From a virus, in the IMG/VR virus record IMGVR_UViG_3300042197_001007: a stretch of DNA of 64,000 nt; one strand, written 5' to 3'. The notes under the pieces are model-generated. The model saw nothing but the letters and a program-made list of their open reading frames with translations, was not told the DNA's origin and searched no databases. This document shows positions 48,101 through 58,738 of this stretch, one piece after another. Numbering within the stretch: the stretch's first letter is position 1; each line of letters begins with the position of its first letter. The translations under genes were made by a program, and so were the position numbers.

Positions 48101-51100
48101 TTATAAAATCCACTAACAGCAAATCCTATATCTTCATCCTCATCAATTTCGTATTTGTTGCCAAAAACATCAAATTCTAATGTGCTTCCACCATTCACAT
48201 AAACATTTGAAATTTCACCAATCATTTTATATGTGCCATCTCCATTCATCTGATATGCGTGAATTGGAGAACCAATCTTATCGCCCATCCATCCGTAGTT
48301 GATGAATTGTAGCAACCCATTTGTTACTTGTAAAGAAACTTTCGATTTTGCGTAATAACTATCAGGGTTAAAATCGTAAATATTGAGAACTTGTCCGATA
48401 TCTCTTCCATACAAATATCGCATATCAATCTTCATTTCTTCAAGAATTGGAACATTGAAGAAAATATTTGGACCAGAAATTGTATATGAATAACCTTCTC
48501 TTTGTAATACACCATCAAGGAAAACATACAAGAATTCAGGTTCTTCTATATTTTGTACGGTTAAATCTTCAACATCCAATATTAAGAATGGACCGGATCT
48601 TGTACCATCAACTAAGTTGTAATCAATCGTCAATCTCTTGTAATTACCAACACCAATACCTACAACTTTTTCAACAGCAGTTGGTTCTCCAATACTCTTG
48701 GCACTAAAATCTTGATCCCATATTGGAGCTACATCAAATACCAATTGGTTTGGTATTACGTCTCTCTTGATGTAATAAGAATCAAATCTTGGATAGTCTT
48801 CTGTATATTTTGGTCTCTGTAAAACAGCATTAATTGTTAGGAAAAGATCTTCATCTTCATCTGTGATGACTTCATCGCCGTTTTCCCAATAAAGATCAAA
48901 TACTTTATTTTCACCATCAACATAATCAGGAAGAGATCTTGTTACTGTCTTTTTGTCTAAAATATCCTTTACATTTAGATAAAGAGAATTGAGAGATGAA
49001 GCAACATCATTACATTCTTGTGAAAGAAGCAATGGATCATCAATGAGGTTATAATTTGAGTAAGTTTCTGTGTTTGACCAATATCCGGTTTTGTTTTGAT
49101 TTACTTCTGTAATTTCTACACTTCCAGCACCATCTGCTATAATTTCCTTAACGATATCAATCATCGTGTTGATGCTTGAAGCAACTTCTTGACAAACAGG
49201 AGAAATAGGATCAGTTAGAACAGTATTATCAATTACTGGAGAGATTGATGTATAAGCACCTGCGGTTAATTGATTTCTCATAGCAGCAATCATCAATGAA
49301 CCTAAGTTCTCCCAGGCATCAATCGCAGCTGTTGTTTCTTCAACACTTCTGTTAATATATGTTAATTCTTCTCCATATGGATAACCAGCATTTGTGTAAT
49401 AAGATCTGGCAAATTCTACAACTTTTCTATTTCCACCGAACTTTAAGTGATAAGTGATAGCATCAATGAGATATCCGAGATCTCTCTTACACTTTTGCTT
49501 ATCTGTTGGTGGTAAAGTATAATTATCATAAATGTATTCACCAATTTCATCTTGTAAGTATGCTTTGTTTGCTTGAATTAAATTAGAAGCATCGTAGAAC
49601 GTACCGTTATTAATACCACTGAGATAGAATGTGATTTGATCAGATGCCGAAGATGCTAATGCGGCATTTGATACTGTTACTTGTGTTGCGCTGGTAATTG
49701 CTGTTATTCTTGTATTTGAGGGAAATGCCCTACCACAACTAACATACATTCCTACAGCAACTCGGTTTGTATCACCAATTGTAATCGTGGTTGATCCTAA
49801 ATTATAGACAACATTGCTTTCAACAATGTCCCAATTTCTCATCGCAAGAGTTGCTAAATTTGTGGTATATCTAAAGATATCTACAGAACTTACTTTGTTC
49901 TTTGTGATATACTCATATTCACTATTATTGTTAAAAATATTGACATAATCAATAGTTTTTACATTTCCACCAAATCTTATATCGTGTTGATAAGCATCTA
50001 AGATATATCCAATATCTTCTTGATAATCATCAATTTTAGAGCTCCAATCAAGTGCTGGATATTTTGCTTTTCCATATCCAATCACCTCTTCAATGATAAA
50101 AGTTCTATTTCTTTCAATTTGATTAGCAGCATCTAACCATCTACCACTTCTTTGGTAAATATTTCTAATTTTTCTTAGATATCTTGTGTTATATTGATTA
50201 TCTTTAAAAGCAAAATATTTGCCGTAGAAAGTTACTCCTCTGTAAGAAGTAAGATCATTAAGATCGTTGCCAGTTCTTTCTGTTCCAGGACCAAGTGGCG
50301 GTTTTGAAAATACAATTGTATCTCCCTGAACAGTATACGCCACTTCTGGTTCTTGAAGAATTCCATCTAAAGTAATAATTAAACTCTTGGCACTAATTGG
50401 ACTGAATGGCACTCCATTAGCATCTCTTACTTGAAATACTGTTCTTCCTTGTAATCTTCCATCACTATCATAATACCCATTAAATGCTTGAGCGAGAGAT
50501 ACAGTAAAAGCACGATATTCACTGAAATTAAATTCTGATGGAGATGCTGAACCAAAACCTCTTCGTATTCTTTGGTTCTCTACTTTCTGTATTGTTTGTG
50601 TTAGAATTCTTCTTGTGTTTTCAATCGTAATAACATTTTTCTCTGGATCCCACAATTGGATGATTGAAAAATGACCGCTCTTTGCCGCTTGCTGAGGCAT
50701 TGATGTTGAACTATTTGTTTCAACATCAACCTGACCAAATAGTTTAAATCCAGCTGGGTGAGTTGTTGATTTAATTAACTCTCTCCACTGATCAATTGGA
50801 GTTTTTGATTTGATGACGTAGGAATAATCTTGATAAAAATCACTATCTAAAAGTTTCTGGTTGGCAACACCAAGTTTTCCTTTATCTGATCCATAGTATC
50901 CAAGATTATTATAAAAACTTGTGATTTCTGGAGATAGTTCAGTCACAAATATTGATTTAATTGTACCATATGAAATGGCATCAATTGATGAAATAGTGTA
51001 ACCAGTTCTAAAAATACCAGTTATATTTTCTACTTTTAGTAGATTTGATCCTGGTCTCCATTCCGATACTCTACCTCTGGCAACTTCAACTCCAGAAATT

Positions 51101-54100
51101 TTTTGAACTACGAGTTCCCCTCTTTGAAATTCACCAGAAAAATTAGTAAGGGAAAAAACAGTTTTTGAAGTAAAGTCTGATGATACTGTTTTATCAAGAT
51201 GAAAAGCACCACCATTTTGTATAATAGAAATACTTTGAGGAACTCCAATTGAGTTGCTGTTAACATAAGCCTGTATATTTCCTTCAACAATTTCAATTTC
51301 TGGAGCAAATGTATAATTTTTGCCTGGATTATCTACAGTAATTGAAAAAATTCTTCCCTGTCTAACAATAATGTTAAACTGAGCATTAATTCCATCTCCA
51401 TTTGTTATCACAACTTTTGGATTATAATAATTAGAACCTTCGTTATCAATTCTAACTCCGGTTATAGTTTTTGTTGTTTGGTCAAACAATACCGTTGCTT
51501 CTGCTTTAAATGAAGTCGTTGGATCGCACCCAACGATAATTGGAGACTTCTTATAATTTAAACCAGAATTGATAACACTAAAAGAGTTGATTGTTCCGAT
51601 AGCAAATTGCCCAGTTGTAGTGTATGTAATTGATCCAGAACCATCCCAAAGAGGAATAGAAGATAATTGATAGACAAATCTATTTGGAGTTACATATGTA
51701 ATCGTTTTATTTCCCTGTAATGGGTCAGAAATAATCTTTAAATACTTTCCATCAGAATTTATAATTTGATTTTTATCAAAATAGTAAAAATTAGCAAATT
51801 GTGTTTGAATTTTTTGTGAATATGAATTCGCAGATAGTCTTGGACCAAATCCAAATTTTACATCTGTAAATGATCCTGGGTTTCCTGGTAAAATTGTTGT
51901 CGTTATCTTTTCTTCAGTTACAATATTGTAATTCTTGCTTGGACTTAAATCAAAATAAGTACCAGTTAAAGAAGAATGTGAGGTATCAAATTTATATTTG
52001 TAATATTCCTGAATATCAATATTTGGATTAGAAACAAAGTTTACATTATCGGTAGAAAATTCAAATTTATATTCAACAACATTGGCAGTTTCAACAGAAA
52101 CTAATTTTGCTGGAGTGCTACTATCAAAGAAATTTGTGCTTATCTTTACATCTTCAGCATTTGTTTTTTCTGTTGAATAGTTAAAAACAATTACAGCTTC
52201 TTGTGTATTTGGATCATATGATTTGATAAATCCAGAAAAACTTGAAGAAGAAATTTGATAATTATTGGCAAAATTATAACGTGGTTTGTATAAAGAAACT
52301 TCTTGACCATCATAATGATCTATATTTTGAGTTCCTTCCCTCGCTCTGATTACAGTAATTCTGTTATTTGTAATCGAAGATACTTGTACTATCTCATTGC
52401 CAATCTTCAGCAAATCACCGTTAGAAACGCCAATTGCGCTATCAACAATCAGAGATGTAGATCCGGCAGCAAATCCAACGTGATCAATATAAAGAACCAA
52501 TCTGGCATTTCCAAGAGAACCGAGAGATCTTACAAGATCTTCATCATCAACACTTAGATAATCTGCTTTCTTATATCCAGAACCACCATTCTGAATAACA
52601 ACTGAAGAAACAACACCAGCAGAAGACACAATAATTGTAGCCGTTGCGCCAGATCCAGATCCTCCAGTCAACGAAACATTTGTATAAGTTCCTGGTGTAT
52701 AATCAGCACCACCATTAAAAATTTCAAATCTACCAACACCAGTATAATTAATATTTGATGTATAATCAGGAGATATAAATTTTACTGTTTGATAAAGTCT
52801 TTTTCTCAAATAATATGTTTTTGTTTTAGTGGCATCATTTGGAAAGATATTGACATTAATTTGATCGCCAATTCCCAGTCCGTGCTCTTGTGCCGTTTCA
52901 ATTAAAGCAACATTTTGATTGATATCAAACGGTTCTAAGTTATCACTCAAAGAAGTGAGAGTTATAATTCTTGATCCCGAAGTGTTGAATAAATCATTTG
53001 ATTGAATAAAGTAATCATCATTAACTACCCAAGTGCCAGTTAATACTTTGATTTTTACAACATTCTGTCTCGATGTTCCCTCTAAGACTTCTCCTGTAGC
53101 AATGGGGGTATTAATACCATCAGTAAGAGATAGTATAGCTCCCTTTGTATAATTGCTATCTTGATCAATCAATATTGAGAATGTTTTAATATCTGCTGAA
53201 AATGTTCCTGTTGTGTTAAATGTTCCGGAAACATTTTTGAGCACAATTGTATTATCATTGGTAACAGTTCCAACGATTTCTCCATATGCTCCAGAGGCTG
53301 GTTGTCTTAGTGTGTCATTCGCAAACAAATACGCACTTTGTATCGTTGTTAATTGTACAACCTTTGTCTCTTTACTCTGTAGATAATTTACAGTTTTTCC
53401 GTTTACGGATGATACTATAACCTCAGCATCTTGCCCTTCTGTTCCAGAATTATCAAAATAAAGTTTTGAATTTACGGAGAAGTTGTTAGAAGAATTTTCA
53501 ATTGAAACCGAATCAACTACTCCTGGTCTTACCTCGGCAATTTGAGCAATAACTCCTTCACCATTTCTTGGCATTCCTGGAGAAAAAAGTCTTCTTGATT
53601 TTTTTGGAATATCATTTTGATTGATATCAGAATTGTAGTTACTATCAACTGGAAGAGAATAAAAATTCTCTCCAATAAAATATGGAAACTGTGGTACTTG
53701 ATTACTATCAACAGTCAAGAAATAAGCGTATGTTCCATTTGGATAATCTGGAGTTACACAAAATCTACCATTGTTTTGATCCAGTGTTCCACTCTTGTGT
53801 ACATATCTGTAATCATTAACAAAAGTTCCCAGCGGATAAGTAGATGTTGATGGCCCTTTTTGTCTATTGTTGTTCAAAGAATAACTTGAAGTCATTCTAA
53901 CAATAGATGATTGTGAATTGAGTGGATCTTGATATCCAAAAGGACCATAGATTGGATTTCCATCATAAGCAAATCCAATAATCGGAGAGTGAGTTTTAGT
54001 GGTTGGTTCTGTTCCAGCTCCGTTTAAATTATCATTTAGTAATACTCTGAGTGCCTTAGGGTTGCCGACATGACCATATCCATACTTCAATGCTTGATTA

Positions 54101-56253
54101 TAATTTTCAAAGACATATCCATATTCAGTATCTAATGTATTTGCTAGTTTTGTAAATCTATTTTTATTCCATTCCTTGAGATATGGGATACCAGATGCTC
54201 CACTGCCAACAGGAATAATATCTACGATTACTGTACTTTGATTATAAAAATTTCCTTCATCATTTTTAATAAATCCAGTAATATTACCATCTGTGTTAAC
54301 AATGGCGGTATAATCAGCAAATCTTCCTCTACCGGCATTATCTCTAATTCTAACGATCGGAGGGGAAGAATAATACTCTCCAGGATTATCAATAATTAAA
54401 CTGGTCACTTTTCCACCAGTAACTACAGCACGAACAACAGCTCCTCGTCCAGATGTAATTGTAACTTCCGGAGTTCTTGGAAATACAGTTGTTGTATCAA
54501 CGATAATTCTTTCAACTACCTGTCCAGATAGAACTGCTCTTGCCTGATTTGGAACATCGTCAAGAAGAACAAATGGAGGATTTACATATCCTGTTCCTTG
54601 ATTATCAACTGCGATACTTTCAAGAATACCAAAACGAATACTTTCTTCATCACGAAAACTATAAATTGGAACTCCATTCAAAAGGATGCCAACGTCACGT
54701 TTTGGAGTTTTATAAACCTCTGTGGTCTTGGTTGCTTCTTTTCTTATGATACGAAGTATCTTCTGATCTTTTACTTCTTGAGTTACTGTAGATCCATCTA
54801 AAATTTTGTAAGATGGATAGCTTGAACTCGTAATGTAATAATATTGCTCGTCCTCAAAAATAGCAGATACATCTGTAGATACTTCATTCAATGCTGTTGA
54901 AATTGAAGTATTTGTTGGAGTAAATACTGGATCTCCATCTCCAACAACCCAACGAGTTTGATTTGTTCCGGAAAGAACTATTTTTGGATCAGCAGTTTCA
55001 AATCCTGGTTGTGAAACTTGAATTTGATCGCCAACAGAGGCATATGGATGTGCGTCTTGTGGAGATAAGTTATAAACAACGCCAAGGGTCAATAATGATA
55101 TACCAGATCCTTCTAAAATAACCGGTTTATAAACTGTTGATCCTTCAGCGTGTAATACGGGAGTTGTTCCTCTTGATTGAATAACAAACTGAGTGATATT
55201 CTTATCACTAAAAGAGATCTTCTCTTCGTTGATTAATACCTCTCCAGATATATCCCATCCAATTGTGGAAAATACATCAATTCTTTTTCCAGACCCACTT
55301 GATGCCTGTAAATCTTTTTCTAGGCGAGTTTTTGTTGAGATTGAAAACGCACCATTTACGGTTTCTGGAGCAAGAACAATGTTCCAGATCTGTTCTCCAT
55401 CAAATGTTCCATCCGCAAAAACATTATCTACTGTAGCAGAAGCATATCCATATTCACTTGTTGGGGACTGTACGATTTTCTTTCCAATCAGTGCCTTTGG
55501 ATTTCCAGAAATAACCTTTACTTTTAAAGCATAAACACTAACCCAGTCTGCTTCAGATGCTTTGTATGTAAAATCTCTTGGTTTGTAGACAGATGGTTTA
55601 TTGTCTGCTTCTTTTGCTACGATTGTGTTAAAAATGAACTTGATTGAACTATCAGTTCCCTTTGCCTTATAAAACTTTTGAATGTTCTTGATCAGAGTTC
55701 TTTTGTCAACTTCTCCTTTTAAATACTTCTCTGGAAAAGAACCCAAATATTGCGATTCAAAGTTTCTAACGAACGCATAAAGAAATAGATTGCTGATATT
55801 GTAAACAATCTCTCCAGATATATGAGATGCTGCTTCTGTACTCTGGAAATCTGAACTGTCGTATAGATCTCCTAAAGTTGTGTTACCACTTACACCCCTG
55901 GAACAATTCTGAAGTTGATTATTTGTTCTTGTGGCATAGAAGATGATTTCATTGCCAATTCTAATGTATCCGTTTTTCTCTGGAAAAGAACTGGCATCAA
56001 TCAAATAAATTGATGTGTCTGAAGAAGAAATACTAGAAGCTAAAACATCCGTTTGCTTCAATAAATTCTTTTCATAAAAATCAATGTCCAAATATTTTTG
56101 GACATTATTGATGATGTCAAGTGTTCCACCTTGTACTTCTAGAGATTCGTAGTATTTCTCTACAAACTTTCCAAATAGTTCATATTCATTTGAAATGAAC
56201 TCTGGAAGTTGTGACTCAATAAGAGTAGAAATTCTTTTGGTCTTGACTGCCAT
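45118..56253 (-). CDS. gp7: baseplate wedge initiator, greatly expanded (phycobiliprotein-like domains, C-terminal LamG)
   Basis: LIESQLPEFI, FYKAKGT, SPIIGFAYDGNPIYGP, KLLDSDFYQDYSYVIKS, THPAGFKLFG; downstream of gp6. Confidence 0.85.
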   Translation of the reverse strand: MAVKTKRISTLIESQLPEFISNEYELFGKFVEKYYESLEVQGGTLDIINNVQKYLDIDFYEKNLLKQTDVLASSISSSDTSIYLIDASSFPEKNGYIRIGNEIIFYATRTNNQLQNCSRGVSGNTTLGDLYDSSDFQSTEAASHISGEIVYNISNLFLYAFVRNFESQYLGSFPEKYLKGEVDKRTLIKNIQKFYKAKGTDSSIKFIFNTIVAKEADNKPSVYKPRDFTYKASEADWVSVYALKVKVISGNPKALIGKKIVQSPTSEYGYASATVDNVFADGTFDGEQIWNIVLAPETVNGAFSISTKTRLEKDLQASSGSGKRIDVFSTIGWDISGEVLINEEKISFSDKNITQFVIQSRGTTPVLHAEGSTVYKPVILEGSGISLLTLGVVYNLSPQDAHPYASVGDQIQVSQPGFETADPKIVLSGTNQTRWVVGDGDPVFTPTNTSISTALNEVSTDVSAIFEDEQYYYITSSSYPSYKILDGSTVTQEVKDQKILRIIRKEATKTTEVYKTPKRDVGILLNGVPIYSFRDEESIRFGILESIAVDNQGTGYVNPPFVLLDDVPNQARAVLSGQVVERIIVDTTTVFPRTPEVTITSGRGAVVRAVVTGGKVTSLIIDNPGEYYSSPPIVRIRDNAGRGRFADYTAIVNTDGNITGFIKNDEGNFYNQSTVIVDIIPVGSGASGIPYLKEWNKNRFTKLANTLDTEYGYVFENYNQALKYGYGHVGNPKALRVLLNDNLNGAGTEPTTKTHSPIIGFAYDGNPIYGPFGYQDPLNSQSSIVRMTSSYSLNNNRQKGPSTSTYPLGTFVNDYRYVHKSGTLDQNNGRFCVTPDYPNGTYAYFLTVDSNQVPQFPYFIGENFYSLPVDSNYNSDINQNDIPKKSRRLFSPGMPRNGEGVIAQIAEVRPGVVDSVSIENSSNNFSVNSKLYFDNSGTEGQDAEVIVSSVNGKTVNYLQSKETKVVQLTTIQSAYLFANDTLRQPASGAYGEIVGTVTNDNTIVLKNVSGTFNTTGTFSADIKTFSILIDQDSNYTKGAILSLTDGINTPIATGEVLEGTSRQNVVKIKVLTGTWVVNDDYFIQSNDLFNTSGSRIITLTSLSDNLEPFDINQNVALIETAQEHGLGIGDQINVNIFPNDATKTKTYYLRKRLYQTVKFISPDYTSNINYTGVGRFEIFNGGADYTPGTYTNVSLTGGSGSGATATIIVSSAGVVSSVVIQNGGSGYKKADYLSVDDEDLVRSLGSLGNARLVLYIDHVGFAAGSTSLIVDSAIGVSNGDLLKIGNEIVQVSSITNNRITVIRAREGTQNIDHYDGQEVSLYKPRYNFANNYQISSSSFSGFIKSYDPNTQEAVIVFNYSTEKTNAEDVKISTNFFDSSTPAKLVSVETANVVEYKFEFSTDNVNFVSNPNIDIQEYYKYKFDTSHSSLTGTYFDLSPSKNYNIVTEEKITTTILPGNPGSFTDVKFGFGPRLSANSYSQKIQTQFANFYYFDKNQIINSDGKYLKIISDPLQGNKTITYVTPNRFVYQLSSIPLWDGSGSITYTTTGQFAIGTINSFSVINSGLNYKKSPIIVGCDPTTSFKAEATVLFDQTTKTITGVRIDNEGSNYYNPKVVITNGDGINAQFNIIVRQGRIFSITVDNPGKNYTFAPEIEIVEGNIQAYVNSNSIGVPQSISIIQNGGAFHLDKTVSSDFTSKTVFSLTNFSGEFQRGELVVQKISGVEVARGRVSEWRPGSNLLKVENITGIFRTGYTISSIDAISYGTIKSIFVTELSPEITSFYNNLGYYGSDKGKLGVANQKLLDSDFYQDYSYVIKSKTPIDQWRELIKSTTHPAGFKLFGQVDVETNSSTSMPQQAAKSGHFSIIQLWDPEKNVITIENTRRILTQTIQKVENQRIRRGFGSASPSEFNFSEYRAFTVSLAQAFNGYYDSDGRLQGRTVFQVRDANGVPFSPISAKSLIITLDGILQEPEVAYTVQGDTIVFSKPPLGPGTERTGNDLNDLTSYRGVTFYGKYFAFKDNQYNTRYLRKIRNIYQRSGRWLDAANQIERNRTFIIEEVIGYGKAKYPALDWSSKIDDYQEDIGYILDAYQHDIRFGGNVKTIDYVNIFNNNSEYEYITKNKVSSVDIFRYTTNLATLAMRNWDIVESNVVYNLGSTTITIGDTNRVAVGMYVSCGRAFPSNTRITAITSATQVTVSNAALASSASDQITFYLSGINNGTFYDASNLIQANKAYLQDEIGEYIYDNYTLPPTDKQKCKRDLGYLIDAITYHLKFGGNRKVVEFARSYYTNAGYPYGEELTYINRSVEETTAAIDAWENLGSLMIAAMRNQLTAGAYTSISPVIDNTVLTDPISPVCQEVASSINTMIDIVKEIIADGAGSVEITEVNQNKTGYWSNTETYSNYNLIDDPLLLSQECNDVASSLNSLYLNVKDILDKKTVTRSLPDYVDGENKVFDLYWENGDEVITDEDEDLFLTINAVLQRPKYTEDYPRFDSYYIKRDVIPNQLVFDVAPIWDQDFSAKSIGEPTAVEKVVGIGVGNYKRLTIDYNLVDGTRSGPFLILDVEDLTVQNIEEPEFLYVFLDGVLQREGYSYTISGPNIFFNVPILEEMKIDMRYLYGRDIGQVLNIYDFNPDSYYAKSKVSLQVTNGLLQFINYGWMGDKIGSPIHAYQMNGDGTYKMIGEISNVYVNGGSTLEFDVFGNKYEIDEDEDIGFAVSGFYNLNTSISISNATVVFEKDDNNRLLLSDLNQIWSGTVLGKTYKKPFVFLSNNDLIRIDGEDTFRKIKRLPGITTSKENRSNQQVSNSLYGTVDVETYNGVTRGEGLSVVAKIENGKVIDLEWNQRSYDPLTQPTAYQYYIPPVLNFISLDGNGGGARANVLVSKGQVISVDLIDGGSGYTKAPKVVVSRGYDLLTERDIGVSLINVGVNSFVELQSLTIVSIVDALGNQVSGVNSFTSIFFDSPISSDRVITAIVQLVRNTGDNLSREHIEFLDTVEPALDEVKIVTVSEEPTLIIAQIQDIVSNTTISTNRQITTTFENLIPNDALSNVNYYATGAYLDVDLGVSDNIVYVADTSKFKTNGYLLIGDEIVRYYRKLTDRFLKVQRGQSNTIAKSWTAGTFLRQIPDPVSIVFGGVSVVESQSQVVTVKGGTSEIQGIEERKTQFQIITPSTSITTTSICIVAELQPEISIESISSIFISGGNRIIEAGSTNIVSGFDLRYSATELRGEIKKEGIQLSEFLVSEKLVNISVSPFVYYNSVVTTTSTHQSEVATQVFSIINSIVDTEFNASITIQSIHTELSQLYINQTEVLIIPPPTGAVDGYEESSLLSDPIFTRSNGFVELDDINGQYFVGRRSLSDILIRNVLFGSGTNYIGTYEKTNVGHRISHFSGIFDDGYARVSGISIQELDTYYPSLTLQDFVDRANSSYTLSGDYFNLLPPSIQNPVAVPFSTGSIASTIEVPTTTFFPTSGYLYTENGGLIQYTGKTSTSFTGCTFVRGSTALLGNSVIFDGTGDYLNIASNSAFNYGTGDFTIEFYWRPNALSGTQVLIDQRTASTDVSIYVEMNSTGNIRVFVNGSYRITSSNTCSTSQFNHVAIYRSSGTTRVAINGTVTTASTYTDANNYASKPFRIGASWTAGSPISGRINSLRVVKGTSLYAGTNFTVPSQITNISGTSLLTCQGNSIRDRSSNNLSISVVGDAAVSNTGTTIIPFQIT

Positions 56254-56257
56254 CTAC

Positions 56258-58054
56258 TTACTCTTTGTACGCATTGAAGGTGGAATTTGCTATATCAACA
56301 TCGAGATAAACCTCTCTTACCGCCTTGATATCATTAGACAGAGGTTTAACTCTAACTGAAATTCTGTTATCAAAGAAGCTTCCCTTAATGATAGTTAGAT
56401 TATACATCTTCAATTCACCATTCACATAATCAATATCGCCAACTTCCCTATCTAGGACAATCTTTTCACCAGTTATAGCGTCTAGTCTATATAGGACAAT
56501 TTTGCCACCTCTATCTTCAAGATAGACATCAAAATTTGGATATTCTGTAACTCTAAATCCAGTTGACGACAAGACTGGATCATCGCAATCTTCATCGAAA
56601 GAATTCTGAAAACAGATCTCATAATAGAACGTCGAATTCAACTGAGGATAAAAATCTTTCCTCATAATCACAGATGTGAGATTGGAATTGATGCTCTTGT
56701 CAGCATCGTCAATCACACCAACTGCTTTACTGTGACGGAACTTACCATTGAACTTTTCAGTATCAGATGTTTCAATGTAACTCTGTAACGATGTGATTAC
56801 TTTGTCTCTGATCTGTGCCGGTGTCTGATCTGTAATCTGACTGTTGTAATAGATCTTACTATCTAACTCAACATAAAGAATTGAAGGATCAACTAATACT
56901 GGTTCAACAGAAGCAACAACGTATCTCTTTAACTGCGATACAATTTCTTGCTTTGTAATGGAAGTTAGATATGCCGCATCTGCTGGTTTGAGCACAATAA
57001 AGACTTTACCATACTGTGGAGGAACCTGATCCTCGCCTCCAAAGATAATAATGTCACTTGTGGCAGGATAGATGTTACGAACGATCGCAGCATAGTCCTG
57101 AGAGGTCACTGCACGGTCCTGTGTGCCGTATGACTTGGGGGCATTGTATTTGATCTTCTTCGTAGTTTCAATCTCCTCACCGCCTGCCGCAGCAACCGTA
57201 GAATTGATTGTAAGAGTAAACCCACCAGGAGTTGCGCCATCCTGATTTTCTAATACACCAGAAAATACAAATGTTTTTACTCCATTTGATGCTGGTCCTG
57301 ATGTAACAAGATAAGAAACTTCAACAACTGTGTTGTTTTCTAATTTTTTTCCTAATACTCCATCGCCAAAGATGATTTCGTAGCGTTCATCTTCGATTTC
57401 ATTCAAAAAGAAGATTTTTGAACTTCCATCAACACCAAGAATGTTATCAGACACCAAATAAGGCTCGGAGAAAGATCCCCCAGCAGGAAATACTTTCACT
57501 CTGATGGTGTTCGTGTCAATATTTGAATTATCAAGAATAAATTTCTGTGACGCGAGTGCTGTATTCACAGTAAATGTATTCGTGAGTTGTGTTCCCTCTT
57601 TAATTGGAACATTAAGGAATGTAGCTACACCGTTTGATACTTGTGCCTTTGCGTCATCTAAAACAACATATTGATAAAGAACATTATCATAAGAAGCAAC
57701 AAATCCTGTTCCTTTTTTCAGAATTAACTGTGTATCCGTTGTAGAATTCGTATATGTAACAGTAAATGAGATGTAAGCAGTCGGTGAGGTTGCGCTCTTG
57801 GGTCTGTACCCTAATTGCTTCGCAATTGCCACTACATTGTCTCTCAAGGTGGCAGAATCAATGAAGAGTTCATTGACTACCATGTTGGTATTAAATGCCG
57901 TGTAGTAGGTGTTATAGGCAAGCAGATCGAGTAAGTTCGATAATGCCGAACCCTCAAAATCATAATCAGTGAATTCGGACTGACCTCTGAGATAATCCTT
58001 CAGAGCAGTTTTAATATCCGTGAAATCCAGATTGGCAAGTTGAGTGTAAGGCAT
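56258..58054 (-). CDS. gp6: baseplate wedge subunit
   Basis: LDFTDIK, DYDFEGSAL, FIDSATLRDNV, QDRAVTSQDY, PPQYGKVFI. Confidence 0.95.
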   Translation of the reverse strand: MPYTQLANLDFTDIKTALKDYLRGQSEFTDYDFEGSALSNLLDLLAYNTYYTAFNTNMVVNELFIDSATLRDNVVAIAKQLGYRPKSATSPTAYISFTVTYTNSTTDTQLILKKGTGFVASYDNVLYQYVVLDDAKAQVSNGVATFLNVPIKEGTQLTNTFTVNTALASQKFILDNSNIDTNTIRVKVFPAGGSFSEPYLVSDNILGVDGSSKIFFLNEIEDERYEIIFGDGVLGKKLENNTVVEVSYLVTSGPASNGVKTFVFSGVLENQDGATPGGFTLTINSTVAAAGGEEIETTKKIKYNAPKSYGTQDRAVTSQDYAAIVRNIYPATSDIIIFGGEDQVPPQYGKVFIVLKPADAAYLTSITKQEIVSQLKRYVVASVEPVLVDPSILYVELDSKIYYNSQITDQTPAQIRDKVITSLQSYIETSDTEKFNGKFRHSKAVGVIDDADKSINSNLTSVIMRKDFYPQLNSTFYYEICFQNSFDEDCDDPVLSSTGFRVTEYPNFDVYLEDRGGKIVLYRLDAITGEKIVLDREVGDIDYVNGELKMYNLTIIKGSFFDNRISVRVKPLSNDIKAVREVYLDVDIANSTFNAYKE

Positions 58055-58446
58055 TATCGTGTACGCTCTAAGAAGAATTCGACTGCGATTGGTGTGTCTT
58101 CTCTACCACGCACAGCATAAGTGACTTCAACTGAGTAACCATTGGTATCAAATTCTGGTGATACGATCACATTGATTAAAATAATTCTTGGTTCGTATCG
58201 TTCCAGAACATCAATCACAGAAGATCTAATGATACCGGCAGTACCATAGTCCAATGGTTCAAACAGTGTGGCATATATTCCAGAACCCAAATTTGGTTGA
58301 AATACACGCTCGCCCTTGTTCGTAAGAAGCAAATTGACAATTGATTGTGTAATCGCAGCTTTATCCTTCACGATGACAAGATCATCAGTGACTGGATGCT
58401 TCTTAAAAGTAACGCTCAAATCTTTGAACGTCTGAAATTCGGGCAT
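58054..58446 (-). CDS. gp25: baseplate wedge subunit, gp25/lysozyme-like
   Basis: FKDLS, LLLTNKGERVFQPNLGS, LERYEPRI. Confidence 0.93.
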   Translation of the reverse strand: MPEFQTFKDLSVTFKKHPVTDDLVIVKDKAAITQSIVNLLLTNKGERVFQPNLGSGIYATLFEPLDYGTAGIIRSSVIDVLERYEPRIILINVIVSPEFDTNGYSVEVTYAVRGREDTPIAVEFFLERTR

Positions 58447-58475
58447 TTAGACACAGCAAGGCTGCTATTATTTAT

Positions 58476-58679
58476 TCACTCGTGCCAACGCTCTACAAAG
58501 TCATCAAATCCACCAGAACCACCACAATGACGTTCATAACGATCTTCTGGAATTGGGTAGAGCTCATCTTTTTTCTTTTTCTTTGAGAGTTGTAAATATC
58601 TCTCACTGTCTGTTTCAGTAATTAACGTTTTTCCTTGTTTAATAAAATCTTTACTTTTGTCAACTGGATGTAGTCCCAT
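58476..58679 (-). CDS. hypothetical protein (likely start MGLHPVDKS)
   Basis: ORF track frame; LITETDSERYL, CGGSGGFDDFVERW. Confidence 0.7.
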   Translation of the reverse strand: MGLHPVDKSKDFIKQGKTLITETDSERYLQLSKKKKKDELYPIPEDRYERHCGGSGGFDDFVERWHE

Positions 58680-58738
58680 TGTTCTCCTAAAATTAAGGTA
58701 AACAGAACTTTTTACGGGGTTTCTATCCCGTTCGGCGT

